DNA of 55,389 bases from a virus. Taxonomy: Duplodnaviria; Caudoviricetes. Position 1 is the first letter of the stretch; every line of letters starts with the position of its first letter. The notes beneath the pieces were generated by a model that had not been told where the DNA came from, did not search any database, and saw only the letters and a list, made by a program, of their open reading frames with translations. The position numbers and the translations under genes were made by a program. The stretch is taken from positions 1-55,389 of IMG/VR virus record IMGVR_UViG_3300036826_000033; one strand, given 5' to 3'. Shown here piece by piece: positions 25,213-34,227 of this stretch.

Positions 25213-26556
25213 ATGAGCAACATGAATCCAAACTACGAACCGCGAACTTTGCTCGAAGCATTCGAGCAGGGGCCGCTCACTGCCACATTTCTGCGCGACA
25301 CTTTTTTCAAGGGTCGCGAGTATCCACCGACGCCGCTTGTCGAGTTCGACTTCAGGCGCGGTCGACGGAAGATGGCGCCATTCGTTGCTCCGCTTGTCGG
25401 CGGCAAAGTGATGGAGCGTCAGGGCTACGAGACGCGATTCTATCGCGCTCCACGCATCGCGCCCGTGCGCGCGCTGCGAACGCCTGATCTTGAAGCACGG
25501 CTTCCCGGCGAGACGATCTACAACGCGGGCACGCCTGCAGATCGCGCAGCTGAGCTGCTCGCCGATGACGCGATCTTTCTCGACAATGCGATCACTCGCA
25601 GAGAAGAGTGGATGTGCCGGTCACTGTTGCTCAATGGCTCGATCACGGTCACTGCAGACAACGGCTACACGAACGTGATCAACTTCATGGAGTCGAGCGC
25701 TGGCGCGCCGAACAACCACTATGTTCCAGCGATCAAGTGGGACCAGACGAACTCTGACCCGCTCGCTGATCTCGAAGCAGCGCGTCTCGCAGTGATTCGC
25801 GACAGTGGCATTTCGCCGAACGTTGCGCTTTTCGGCGCGAATGCGCGCAGCGTGTTTCTGAACAACGCGAACGTGGCGAAGTTTCTTGACTCGATCAGGT
25901 TTCAACTCGCTACGATCAAGCCGATCATCGACAGCGATTCGATTGTCCGCTTTGGCAGTCAGCCGGGGCTTGAGTATTACTCATACGCCGAATACTTCGA
26001 AGACGATGCGGGCACGCTCTACCCGATGCTGCCTGCTGATCTCGTGCTGCTGTTGTCGACGGAAACGCCGAACAAGATCGTGTATGGCGCATACACGCAG
26101 CTCGAAGACGTGAAAGCGAAACGCTTCGTGACTTATCAGACTGATCGAATCCCGTTCATCTACGGCGACGAAGAGGACGGGCAGCTGTTCTATCGTCTGA
26201 CGTCGTGCCCGCTGCCGATGCCGCAAGACGTTCTCGGCTGGAGAATCATCGAAGCGATCACGGGCACATCGTATCCGTTCCCGACTCCGGGTGAAGTCGC
26301 CTACTTCAATCCGAACGCGCCAGAGGAAGGCCCCGAAGAGGCACAGCCGCAAGGCAAAGAGGGCGTCGACTTCTGGAAACCCGCTGCGCCAGCTGATGAG
26401 AATGCCAGCGACGGCAACGGCGGAAATTTGAGCGATCACACAGTCGACGAGCTGCGTGACATCGCAGATCAAGAGGGCGTCGAAGTGCATTCGCACGCGA
26501 CGAAAGCCGAGATCATCAAGGCGATCAAGAAAGAGAGGAAAGCGAAGAAAGAGTAG
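25213..26556 (+). CDS. Major capsid protein (gpE family) with C-terminal HeH/Rho-N-like extension
   Basis: FLRDTFF, MAPFV, ITRREEWMC, SCPLPMP; tail TVDELRDIA...TKAEIIKAI. Confidence 0.93.
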   Translation: MSNMNPNYEPRTLLEAFEQGPLTATFLRDTFFKGREYPPTPLVEFDFRRGRRKMAPFVAPLVGGKVMERQGYETRFYRAPRIAPVRALRTPDLEARLPGETIYNAGTPADRAAELLADDAIFLDNAITRREEWMCRSLLLNGSITVTADNGYTNVINFMESSAGAPNNHYVPAIKWDQTNSDPLADLEAARLAVIRDSGISPNVALFGANARSVFLNNANVAKFLDSIRFQLATIKPIIDSDSIVRFGSQPGLEYYSYAEYFEDDAGTLYPMLPADLVLLLSTETPNKIVYGAYTQLEDVKAKRFVTYQTDRIPFIYGDEEDGQLFYRLTSCPLPMPQDVLGWRIIEAITGTSYPFPTPGEVAYFNPNAPEEGPEEAQPQGKEGVDFWKPAAPADENASDGNGGNLSDHTVDELRDIADQEGVEVHSHATKAEIIKAIKKERKAKKE

Positions 26557-26570
26557 AAAGACGCTGAGCC

Positions 26571-26939
26571 ATGAGTTTGCGTGATCAGTTCGTGCCTGAT
26601 CTGGCGAACGTGTTCATCAACACGGACGAGTTCGCCATTGAGCGCGAGTTTCGCATCAGAAACGCTGACGGCAGCTTCAAAGTCTTCAGAGCGCCAGTCG
26701 TCTGGGACAAAGAGGCAGCGAAACGTCACCCGCTCGTCGCAATCCATGGCATGTATCTCGGCGATGTGATCTGCTACATCGAGCACAAATACTTGCCAAG
26801 AGCGCCAATCGCGGGAGAGATCATCTACTCTCCCGCGAATCAGCCATGGGAAGTCATCGATGTGACAGATGAAGAAAGCTGTTACCAGCTCGCGCTCAGT
26901 GCGACGCGATCTCAACCCGCAAAATACGGCAACAACTGA
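26571..26939 (+). CDS. Head-tail connector / head closure protein
   Basis: DLANVFINTDEFA motif; position after capsid. Confidence 0.75.
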   Translation: MSLRDQFVPDLANVFINTDEFAIEREFRIRNADGSFKVFRAPVVWDKEAAKRHPLVAIHGMYLGDVICYIEHKYLPRAPIAGEIIYSPANQPWEVIDVTDEESCYQLALSATRSQPAKYGNN

Positions 26940-26941
26940 AC

Positions 26942-27499
26942 ATGCTGACGATTGACGCATCACAGATGAAGCGGCTCGAAAGAACCGTGAAGAACATCGA
27001 GAAAGGTGTGCCGCGCGTGCTCGCGCCGGCGATCAATCGCGCGCTCGCTTCAGGCAAGACCGAGATCAAGCGCGAGATTCGCAAAGAATATCTGATCGCA
27101 GCGAAGGACATTCCGATGAGCGTGAAGCGCGCGACCTATTCGACGCTCAGCGGTCACATCAACATCAAAGACAAGATGCTCGAACTCGGCAAGTTCAGAG
27201 TCACGCCGAAGGGCGTCGCGAAACGCAAACGCGTCGTGCTCGTGCGCGCGCAAGTGAAGAAAAGCGGCGGCGCGAAGACAATCGCGCGTGCATTCATCGC
27301 GAACGTCGGCGACTACACGGGGCCGTTTGTGCGCAAGGGCGAGTCGCATCTACCAGTCAAGAAACTGCTCGCGATCAGTTCACCGATCATGGCGAGCCAA
27401 CCGAACGTGGGGCCAGCGGCAAACAAACGCATGGGAGACGTGCTGGCAAAGCGCATTGATCACGAGATCATTCGCGTGATGAACTCAGCTGGAGGATAA
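26942..27499 (+). CDS. Minor tail protein (gpZ-like)
   Basis: AINRAL, VRAQVKK, AFIA, RIDHEI. Confidence 0.8.
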   Translation: MLTIDASQMKRLERTVKNIEKGVPRVLAPAINRALASGKTEIKREIRKEYLIAAKDIPMSVKRATYSTLSGHINIKDKMLELGKFRVTPKGVAKRKRVVLVRAQVKKSGGAKTIARAFIANVGDYTGPFVRKGESHLPVKKLLAISSPIMASQPNVGPAANKRMGDVLAKRIDHEIIRVMNSAGG

Positions 27500-27503
27500 A
27501 ATC

Positions 27504-27665
27504 ATGAACAGTCTGCTTGTCGTTTTCTACTGGGTGCTGCTGCTGCTGATTCTTGTCGGCGCATTCGCATCGCCAAATTGGACTTGGTATCCGCGCGCGA
27601 ATGCCATCGTCACTCTGATCTTGTTCATCATCATCGGATTGAAGATACTCAAACCGAACTGGTAA
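27504..27665 (+). CDS. Small two-TM membrane protein
   Basis: MNSLLVVFYWVLLLLILVGAF...LILFIIIGLKI (53 aa); GGAGG RBS; below the ORF-track cutoff. Confidence 0.65.
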   Translation: MNSLLVVFYWVLLLLILVGAFASPNWTWYPRANAIVTLILFIIIGLKILKPNW

Positions 27666-27668
27666 AAA

Positions 27669-27851
27669 ATGAACTCTTACACACGCACGCGCACCGACGA
27701 GATCAAGCGTGACATCTTGAATCTGAGCGACGACAAGTTCGAGGGCGATACCGAAAAGGTCGACGCGATGACTGAGATCGAAACGCATCTGCACGACTGC
27801 ATGACTGTGCATGGCTGGACGCCGCCAGCGCCGGGTCGCAGAAAGGAATGA
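27669..27851 (+). CDS. Hypothetical protein
   Basis: 60-aa ORF between two membrane-protein genes. Confidence 0.55.
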   Translation: MNSYTRTRTDEIKRDILNLSDDKFEGDTEKVDAMTEIETHLHDCMTVHGWTPPAPGRRKE

Positions 27852-28006
27852 GCATGGGCTTGATTCTTCTCATCATCTTGATCTTGCTGCTCGTCGGCGC
27901 GTTTCCGCGCTGGCCATATTCGGCGGGCTGGGGATATGGCCCCAGCGGCTTGCTCGGCGTGCTGTTGATCGTCGTGATCGTGCTACTTTTGCTTGGACGT
28001 TTGTGA
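27848..28006 (+). CDS. DUF3309 family small membrane protein
   Basis: MGLILLIILILLLVGAFPRWPYSAGWGYGPSGLLGVLLIVVIVLLLLGRL. Confidence 0.85.
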   Translation: MSMGLILLIILILLLVGAFPRWPYSAGWGYGPSGLLGVLLIVVIVLLLLGRL

Positions 28007-28009
28007 ACT

Positions 28010-28732
28010 ATGAGCGCGCCAGAACCAGTCACACCGCCGCAGCGCGACACGGGACGGCGCGCACAATCAATCTATGACTTGGAAGAGACGCTTGTGGGTT
28101 TTCTGTCACGACTTGTGGATTCTTATCGCTTTGACAATCCGACTCTCAATCTATCGCAGGCGACAGCGCCTGAGCCACTCGAACCGCGGATTGTTCGCGA
28201 CCCAGACGAACCACCAGTCAGCTACGACCCGACAGAAAGAGCGCAGACGCTCGCGCTGAAAGTGCCGCCGCGTGTCGAGCGCGGTCGCATCCCGCGCACT
28301 GTGACGGGCGAGATCGCTGTCGACAAGCTGAGCGATCATCCGTCGATCACAGTGCAGGCAATCGCAGCGCGCGTCGAGCTTGTCGACTCATACAATCGCA
28401 AGATCGTCACGGTGCGCGTCTGTGTGAACATCTACGATGAAAACCCAGACTCGCGCGGCTACGAAGACGTGCAGAATCTGCTTGAAGCAATCGACATCGC
28501 ATTCACGAGCTTTGGACAGAAGGGCATCGACGACGCCTATCCGATTGTGATGCCGATTGATTGGAAGCTGTTCGAAGAGGACACGTTCCCGCATTTCATC
28601 GGTGAGCTGACCGCGCAGTTCATGCTGCCTGCAGCGCGCCCACTGCCCGACATCGACCCGTGGACGTTCGCACCCGGCGAATCGCCAGAGTTCAAAGTTC
28701 ACTACCATCGAGAGCCGGAGCCAACAGAATGA
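28010..28732 (+). CDS. Putative tail terminator/completion protein
   Basis: Position before sheath; PSITV...YEDVQNLLEAI...FPHFIG. Confidence 0.6.
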   Translation: MSAPEPVTPPQRDTGRRAQSIYDLEETLVGFLSRLVDSYRFDNPTLNLSQATAPEPLEPRIVRDPDEPPVSYDPTERAQTLALKVPPRVERGRIPRTVTGEIAVDKLSDHPSITVQAIAARVELVDSYNRKIVTVRVCVNIYDENPDSRGYEDVQNLLEAIDIAFTSFGQKGIDDAYPIVMPIDWKLFEEDTFPHFIGELTAQFMLPAARPLPDIDPWTFAPGESPEFKVHYHREPEPTE

Positions 28733-29049
28733 ACGAGATCACGGGACAAGTCATCTATGCGGGCCCGACAGTGCCGGGCGTGTTCGGTCTCAAATACAAC
28801 ACGCTCTTCAAAAATGGCGTCACGAAGAACGTCTACGAAGAGATCAAGCGATGTCCATCGATTCGTGGGCTGATCGTGCCTGTCGAGCAGTTCGCGCAAG
28901 TGCGCAAGGAGCTGAACTTCGACATCGCGCGCAACATGCGCGGCACGACCGGCAAATTCGTTGAATTTTATCTCGCGATTCAGAAATGGATTGCGACACG
29001 CAAACCACCAACACAAACAACCGGAGTGAAACTACAAACCCATGCCTAA
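28729..29049 (+). CDS. Hypothetical tail-region protein
   Basis: IYAGPT...LKYNTLFKNG...LIVPV; directly before sheath. Confidence 0.7.
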   Translation: MNEITGQVIYAGPTVPGVFGLKYNTLFKNGVTKNVYEEIKRCPSIRGLIVPVEQFAQVRKELNFDIARNMRGTTGKFVEFYLAIQKWIATRKPPTQTTGVKLQTHA

Positions 29050-30670
29050 TCTTGGAGCTTTCAAGCACGGCGTCAGCTGGGCTGACGTTCCCACCTCAAT
29101 CATCGCGCCTGTCATCGCGACAGCAGGCGTCAACGTTGTCTTCGGCGCAGCGCCACTGCATCTCTCGAAGAACGGCAAAGCTGCGATCAACAAGCCGATG
29201 CTGTTCAATCGCTACGAAGACGCAGTCGAAGCGCTCGGCTATTCAACCGACTGGGACACCTATGACATCTGCGAGCACATGGACGCAGTGTTCGTCGAGT
29301 TCGGCGTCTATCCCGTGATCTACATCGCAGTGAACGACCCAGAAGCTGGCGGCGCGCCAGTCGCGCCTGCGCCGTTTGATCTCATCAATGGTCAGATCGA
29401 CACGCAGCTCGAACTGATCGCATGGACTGTCACTGTCGCTCCGGGAACGACACGGTCGGGGCCGAAACCAGTGACGGGTGCTGCATCTGGTTCTGATGTC
29501 GCTGCAGATCAGTCGGGCGGCACGACGCCTCCGGGAAGCACGACACCACCGAAGGGCGGCAAGGGCGGCGAGGGCACGCCGAAGTCGAACTATGTCGAGG
29601 GCACTGACTACTTGCTGAGCTATTCAGCGGCAGGCACTGTCATCATCACGCGCATCGCTGGCGGTGCGATTCCCGCTGATGACTCGAACATCTTGGTCGG
29701 TGGCACAGCTCCGAGCGCGACCCCGATCACTGCAGCTGACATCATCGGCGGCATCGACGGCACAACTGGCGCTCGCTCAGGCCTCGAAGTGATCGAAGAC
29801 GTCTTTCAACAGACGGGCTTCGTGCCGGGCGTGATCATCTGCCCGAAGTTCTCGAAAGACCCAGTCGTCGCAGCTGCGATGGAAGCGAAGTCTGAGAACA
29901 TCAACGGCTGCTTCGCCTGCACTTGCTTGATCGATGTCGACACAGCTGCAGTCACATCAATGCAGGACGTGAAAGCGTGGAAAGAATCGAACAACATCGT
30001 CTTTCCGCGCCAGCAGTGCCTGTTCGGCAAGCCAGCGCTCGTCGGTTCAACGATCAGCAAGGTCTACAACTTCGCGAGTCAACAGGGACCACTCATGCAG
30101 TGGGTCGATGCCTACAAAGGCAATGGCTTCCCGTATCACTCGCCGTCGAACAAAAATCTGCGCATGAACGCGCTGCTGCTCGATGACGGCAGCGAGCTGA
30201 ACATGCACTTGCTCGACGCGAACACTCTGAATGGTCAGGGCGTCGTCACAGCGCTCAACTGGATTGGCGGCTGGCGCTCGTGGGGTAACAGGACTGCTGC
30301 GTATCCAGCGAACACTGACGTGAAAGACATGTTCATCCCGGTGCGTCGCATGTTCGACTTCATCGGCAACTCGATCGTGCTGACGATCTGGCAGAAGGTC
30401 GACGAACCGGGCAATCGACGACTGCTCGATGCGATTGTGAACAGTCTGCAGCTGTGGCTCGATTCGATGAGCAATCAAGAGGCACTGCTCGGCGCGCGTC
30501 TTGAGTTTCGTCATGATGAGAACCCGACGACTGAGATTCTGAACGGTCACTATCTCTTCCACGTCTACATCGCGAGTCCGACGCCAGCAGAGTGGATTGA
30601 TTTCAGAATCGAGTATTGGATTCCCTACATTCAAAACTTGTGGCCAGCAGAAGAGCAGGCAGCAGCGTAA
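29042..30670 (+). CDS. Contractile tail sheath protein
   Basis: FKHGV, SPSNK, WGNRTAAYP, FIPVRRMF, PTPAE. Confidence 0.93.
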   Translation: MPNLGAFKHGVSWADVPTSIIAPVIATAGVNVVFGAAPLHLSKNGKAAINKPMLFNRYEDAVEALGYSTDWDTYDICEHMDAVFVEFGVYPVIYIAVNDPEAGGAPVAPAPFDLINGQIDTQLELIAWTVTVAPGTTRSGPKPVTGAASGSDVAADQSGGTTPPGSTTPPKGGKGGEGTPKSNYVEGTDYLLSYSAAGTVIITRIAGGAIPADDSNILVGGTAPSATPITAADIIGGIDGTTGARSGLEVIEDVFQQTGFVPGVIICPKFSKDPVVAAAMEAKSENINGCFACTCLIDVDTAAVTSMQDVKAWKESNNIVFPRQQCLFGKPALVGSTISKVYNFASQQGPLMQWVDAYKGNGFPYHSPSNKNLRMNALLLDDGSELNMHLLDANTLNGQGVVTALNWIGGWRSWGNRTAAYPANTDVKDMFIPVRRMFDFIGNSIVLTIWQKVDEPGNRRLLDAIVNSLQLWLDSMSNQEALLGARLEFRHDENPTTEILNGHYLFHVYIASPTPAEWIDFRIEYWIPYIQNLWPAEEQAAA

Positions 30671-30695
30671 CAACTAAGCAGGAGGCAAAAGAACA

Positions 30696-31223
30696 ATGTT
30701 AATTCCACAACACGTCACAAACTACAGCATCTTCAAAGATGGGCGGCGACTCATTGGCAACTCTGATGTCACGCTGCCGAATCTGCAAAACCTCAACGAC
30801 ACGCTCAAGGGCAGCGGCATTTTCGGTGAGATCGAAGCGCCTGTGCAGTCGCACTTTCAGTCGCTAACTGTCACACTGAACTGGCTGACAATCGTCGACG
30901 ACGCGCTCTTTGCAGCGATTCAGCAGGGTTCGACGCTGCACGCGTGGGCAGCGCATCAGCTGCATGACAGCGCGACGAATCGAATCGTTCACAACGGCTG
31001 GCGCTACGTGATGGGCTGCCTGCCAAAGTCGATCAACTTCGGAAAGCTCGAAGTCGGCACCAAGGGCGAGGGCGTCACCGAGTTTGAACTGGTGAACTTG
31101 CGCGTGTTTCGCAACGATCAAGTCGTTGCTGAGATCGACAAAGAGAACGCGATCTGCCGCTGGTGGGACGGCATTCAGCTCGTCGACAGCGCCGCGCGCA
31201 TCAGACAACTGATCGGCTTGTAG
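30696..31223 (+). CDS. Tail tube protein (P2 FII-like)
   Basis: VTLPNL, GSGIFGEI, EIDKEN, RQLIGL. Confidence 0.9.
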   Translation: MLIPQHVTNYSIFKDGRRLIGNSDVTLPNLQNLNDTLKGSGIFGEIEAPVQSHFQSLTVTLNWLTIVDDALFAAIQQGSTLHAWAAHQLHDSATNRIVHNGWRYVMGCLPKSINFGKLEVGTKGEGVTEFELVNLRVFRNDQVVAEIDKENAICRWWDGIQLVDSAARIRQLIGL

Positions 31224-31255
31224 ACGGGTGAAATTTCAGAGTAAAGTGCGGGTCT

Positions 31256-31702
31256 ATGACACACACAAACGATCACACAGAGACAGACCCGGGCAGCGGT
31301 GTTGTTGAGAACCGTCTGCACGAGGTAGACCCGCACGTCGATGAAACGCCGAAATTCCGCGACATCGCAATCGAGCAACCGAAGGCGCCTTTTCGCCTGA
31401 AGATCGAGCCACCGCTCGACTATGACGGCGAAAAGTTCAGCGAGCTTGTGCTCGACTTCGATGCGTTGATCGCGAAAGACTTCGTGCGCGCAGAGCGAAC
31501 GTTCACACGACTCTACAAACCGGACAAGAACGAGACGGCTGTGCTGCCCGAAATGAAGCACGAGTATCAGTGCATCCTTGCGGCACAGGTTGCCGACGTT
31601 CCAGTCGGCGTGATCTATAAACTGCCGCGCCGATACTACATACCGCTGCGGCTTGAAGTCCTAAAAGCCTGTGGCAGCTCGCCGGAAGAGGAGAAAGCGT
31701 AA
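31256..31702 (+). CDS. Tail assembly chaperone (gpE/gp41-like)
   Basis: Between tube and tape measure; ELVLDFDAL...KLPRRYY. Confidence 0.8.
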   Translation: MTHTNDHTETDPGSGVVENRLHEVDPHVDETPKFRDIAIEQPKAPFRLKIEPPLDYDGEKFSELVLDFDALIAKDFVRAERTFTRLYKPDKNETAVLPEMKHEYQCILAAQVADVPVGVIYKLPRRYYIPLRLEVLKACGSSPEEEKA

Positions 31703-31863
31703 CAGCACTCTTGCGCTCGATCAGTGTGCGCTTGGCGCGCGCTGGCTGTGGCGCAGTCGACTACTGGATGGGGCTGCCGCCCGTAGAGATGATGCAATTT
31801 TTTGTCGAGCTGCTCGATCAGCTCGAACAAGAACACAAGGCGCAAGAGGACGCTTCGCGCTGA
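31660..31863 (+). CDS. -1 frameshift extension of the tail chaperone (gpE'-like)
   Basis: The -1 frame opens just before C-CTA-AAA and encodes ...VDYWMGLPPVEMMQFF...SR*. Confidence 0.65.
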   Translation, partial: PKSLWQLAGRGESVTALLRSISVRLARAGCGAVDYWMGLPPVEMMQFFVELLDQLEQEHKAQEDASR

Positions 31864-31878
31864 TTGGAGGTGAGATGA

Positions 31879-33948
31879 TTGGCTGCTGACGCTCGAAAAA
31901 CTTATCAGGCGATCTTCGAGATCGGTGCGAAGCTGCAGGCAAGTTTTCGTGGCGTCATGCAGCAGGCAGCCGCGCGCTTGAAGGGTCTGCAGAAAGTCGC
32001 GCTGGCATTCAGCAAGTCACTGGCTCTCATCGGAGTCGGCACGGGTCTTGGTCTCGTGGCCACAGCTGTCGCTGCAATCTCAAAGCTCTTCGAAGGCGCG
32101 ACTGAGCAAGCGATTGAAGCGAACCATCGTCAGCGCGAGCTGTTCACAGCGCTCATGAAAAACAGAGCAGTGCAGGCGAAGGGCATCGAATACGGGAACT
32201 TGCAGCTGCATCTGATCAACAAGCAGGCGGACGCGCTCGGCAAAGTCGGCGTCGTCAGTCGCGACATGTATGAGGACGCAGCGACGACGCTCGCTGAGAT
32301 TGGCGTGCCGACGGGTCAAATCATCGATGCGCTGGCGCCGATGGGCGATCTGCTCGCTGATCTCAAAGGCGTGAAAGCGACTCAAGAGGACATGGTCGAA
32401 CTCGCCAACGCGATGGGTCGCGCGATCAACACGGGGCAGATGCGTCCGATGCGCAGATTCATCAAAGACTTGACGTCAGCAGATCAGGAGCAGTTCAAGG
32501 CGATGAAGACGCGGCAAGAGCAGTGGGACTTTCTGATTCGACGGATGCAGTTTGCTGCAGGCGCGAACGTTCGCGAGGGCAGAACTGAAGAGGGTCGCAT
32601 TCGCATGATGCAGAATCATCTGCAGGAGGTGCGTGAAGAGATTGGCAACAAGCTGCTGCCGATTCAAGCGAAGCTCGCCGACATGTGGAATGCGATTCTC
32701 ACTCAAGTCGAGCAGTTCATGAATGCTTGGGCTGCCGGCGGTGGCGCGAAAGCGCTGGAAGATTTGTGGCAGGCAGTCAAAGACCTCGGCACAGAACTGG
32801 GCATCACCATGCCGAAGGGCGAGAGTCTCGGAAAGATGTTCGCAGACATGGCCATCAATCAAGTGCGTCTGCTCACGCAAGACATTCGCGATCTGATCAA
32901 GGGCATCGACGACTTCATCGTCGGCATCAAAGTGCTCGCAGTGGCAATCGACACCTATTTCATCGACCCGATCAACAGAGTCAAAGAGGAATACAACAAG
33001 TTCTTCGACACGCTGAAGAAAACTCCGTTCGGCTTCGCGAACCCGATGGTGCGCATGATGCCACGCTTCGCGCCGAGCGCGCACGTCGCGGCGCCCGGGA
33101 CGAAACAATATCTGCAAGCGCGCGCTGGACTTCCCGTCACCGGCGAAGCGCCCGAGCAGGCGCAGCTGACAGCAGCAGCGCGCCAGAAGATCGTCGAAGA
33201 GCGCGCCGACATCGTCAAAGAACTGCAGACGCCAGAGATGCAGAAGCTCGTCGCAGCGACGCTGTCGACTGAAGCGGGCACGGTCGAAGATCAGAAGAAC
33301 GTGCTCGAAGCGTTCGTCAATCGCATGGCAGCGCAGAAAGCTGCTGGCACTTACAAGGGCGCAGCTGCAGGCATCACTGGCGGCTTTTATGGCCCCTATA
33401 ATCGAGGCGAGACGCAGCGCGTCATGGAAGCAGGCATTTCAGCAGCACGATTGCAACAGACGCAAGACATCATCAGCGACATCGCTGCAGGTCGCAGCGC
33501 GCTCGGCGGCAGAACTGATCAAGGGATGATCAATGAGATTCAAGGCGCGAAGAAAAAGATCGGCGAAGACTACTACGGCTTCATGACGCCGAGCGACTAT
33601 CTGACCGAAGCCTACAAACAGACGCACGGAATGCAGGCGGGCGGCATCGTGCGTGGTTTGACGAGCGCTGTCTTGGGCGAGCGCGGTCCCGAAGCTGTCA
33701 TTCCGCTGTCGGGCGGCGGTCGACGAGCTGCGAGTCTGCTCGGCTATGCGAACAGAATGATGGGCTTTGGCGGCGGCGGGCACACGGTGCACTTCGCGCC
33801 GAACATCACGATCAACGGCAACGCAAGCGAAGACGAACAACGCGCCATGGACTCGCGCTTGCGTGATCTCGCGCGCGATTTCATCAATCAATTCTCGCGC
33901 GCGCAACGACATGAGCGCAGACTGAGCTTTGAATCAGGAGCAGCATGA
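31879..33948 (+). CDS. Tape measure protein with putative cell-wall hydrolase domain
   Basis: FEIGAKL N-terminus, helical body, TLSTEAG...EAFVNR, GGIV...GERGPEAVIPL. Confidence 0.88.
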   Translation: MAADARKTYQAIFEIGAKLQASFRGVMQQAAARLKGLQKVALAFSKSLALIGVGTGLGLVATAVAAISKLFEGATEQAIEANHRQRELFTALMKNRAVQAKGIEYGNLQLHLINKQADALGKVGVVSRDMYEDAATTLAEIGVPTGQIIDALAPMGDLLADLKGVKATQEDMVELANAMGRAINTGQMRPMRRFIKDLTSADQEQFKAMKTRQEQWDFLIRRMQFAAGANVREGRTEEGRIRMMQNHLQEVREEIGNKLLPIQAKLADMWNAILTQVEQFMNAWAAGGGAKALEDLWQAVKDLGTELGITMPKGESLGKMFADMAINQVRLLTQDIRDLIKGIDDFIVGIKVLAVAIDTYFIDPINRVKEEYNKFFDTLKKTPFGFANPMVRMMPRFAPSAHVAAPGTKQYLQARAGLPVTGEAPEQAQLTAAARQKIVEERADIVKELQTPEMQKLVAATLSTEAGTVEDQKNVLEAFVNRMAAQKAAGTYKGAAAGITGGFYGPYNRGETQRVMEAGISAARLQQTQDIISDIAAGRSALGGRTDQGMINEIQGAKKKIGEDYYGFMTPSDYLTEAYKQTHGMQAGGIVRGLTSAVLGERGPEAVIPLSGGGRRAASLLGYANRMMGFGGGGHTVHFAPNITINGNASEDEQRAMDSRLRDLARDFINQFSRAQRHERRLSFESGAA

Positions 33949-34169
33949 GAACCTACATTTCAACGCAGGGCGATTGGTGGGACTTGATCGCTGAGAAAGT
34001 CTACGGCATGAAGCGCGGTGACGATCATCTCATGCACAAACTGATCGAAGCGAACTATGCGATCAGAGAGATTTGCAATTTTCCAGCTGGAGTCGTCGTG
34101 TTCGTGCCCGAGATCGCAGCGAAAACGTCGATTCCGCTCGTTCCGTGGAAACTGACGACAATCACATGA
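33945..34169 (+). CDS. Tail protein X (P2 gpX-like)
   Basis: YISTQGDWWDLIAEKVYG...LIEAN...PW. Confidence 0.88.
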   Translation: MRTYISTQGDWWDLIAEKVYGMKRGDDHLMHKLIEANYAIREICNFPAGVVVFVPEIAAKTSIPLVPWKLTTIT

Positions 34170-34227
34170 GGACGCTCACGAAACGCATTCCTACGCAATC
34201 CTCGCGCGTCCGGGAGGGCTTTACGCG

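Noticed and set aside
29430-29590. Gly/Thr/Pro-rich insert in the sheath as an intein or intron
   Set aside because: In-frame low-complexity loop without splicing motifs
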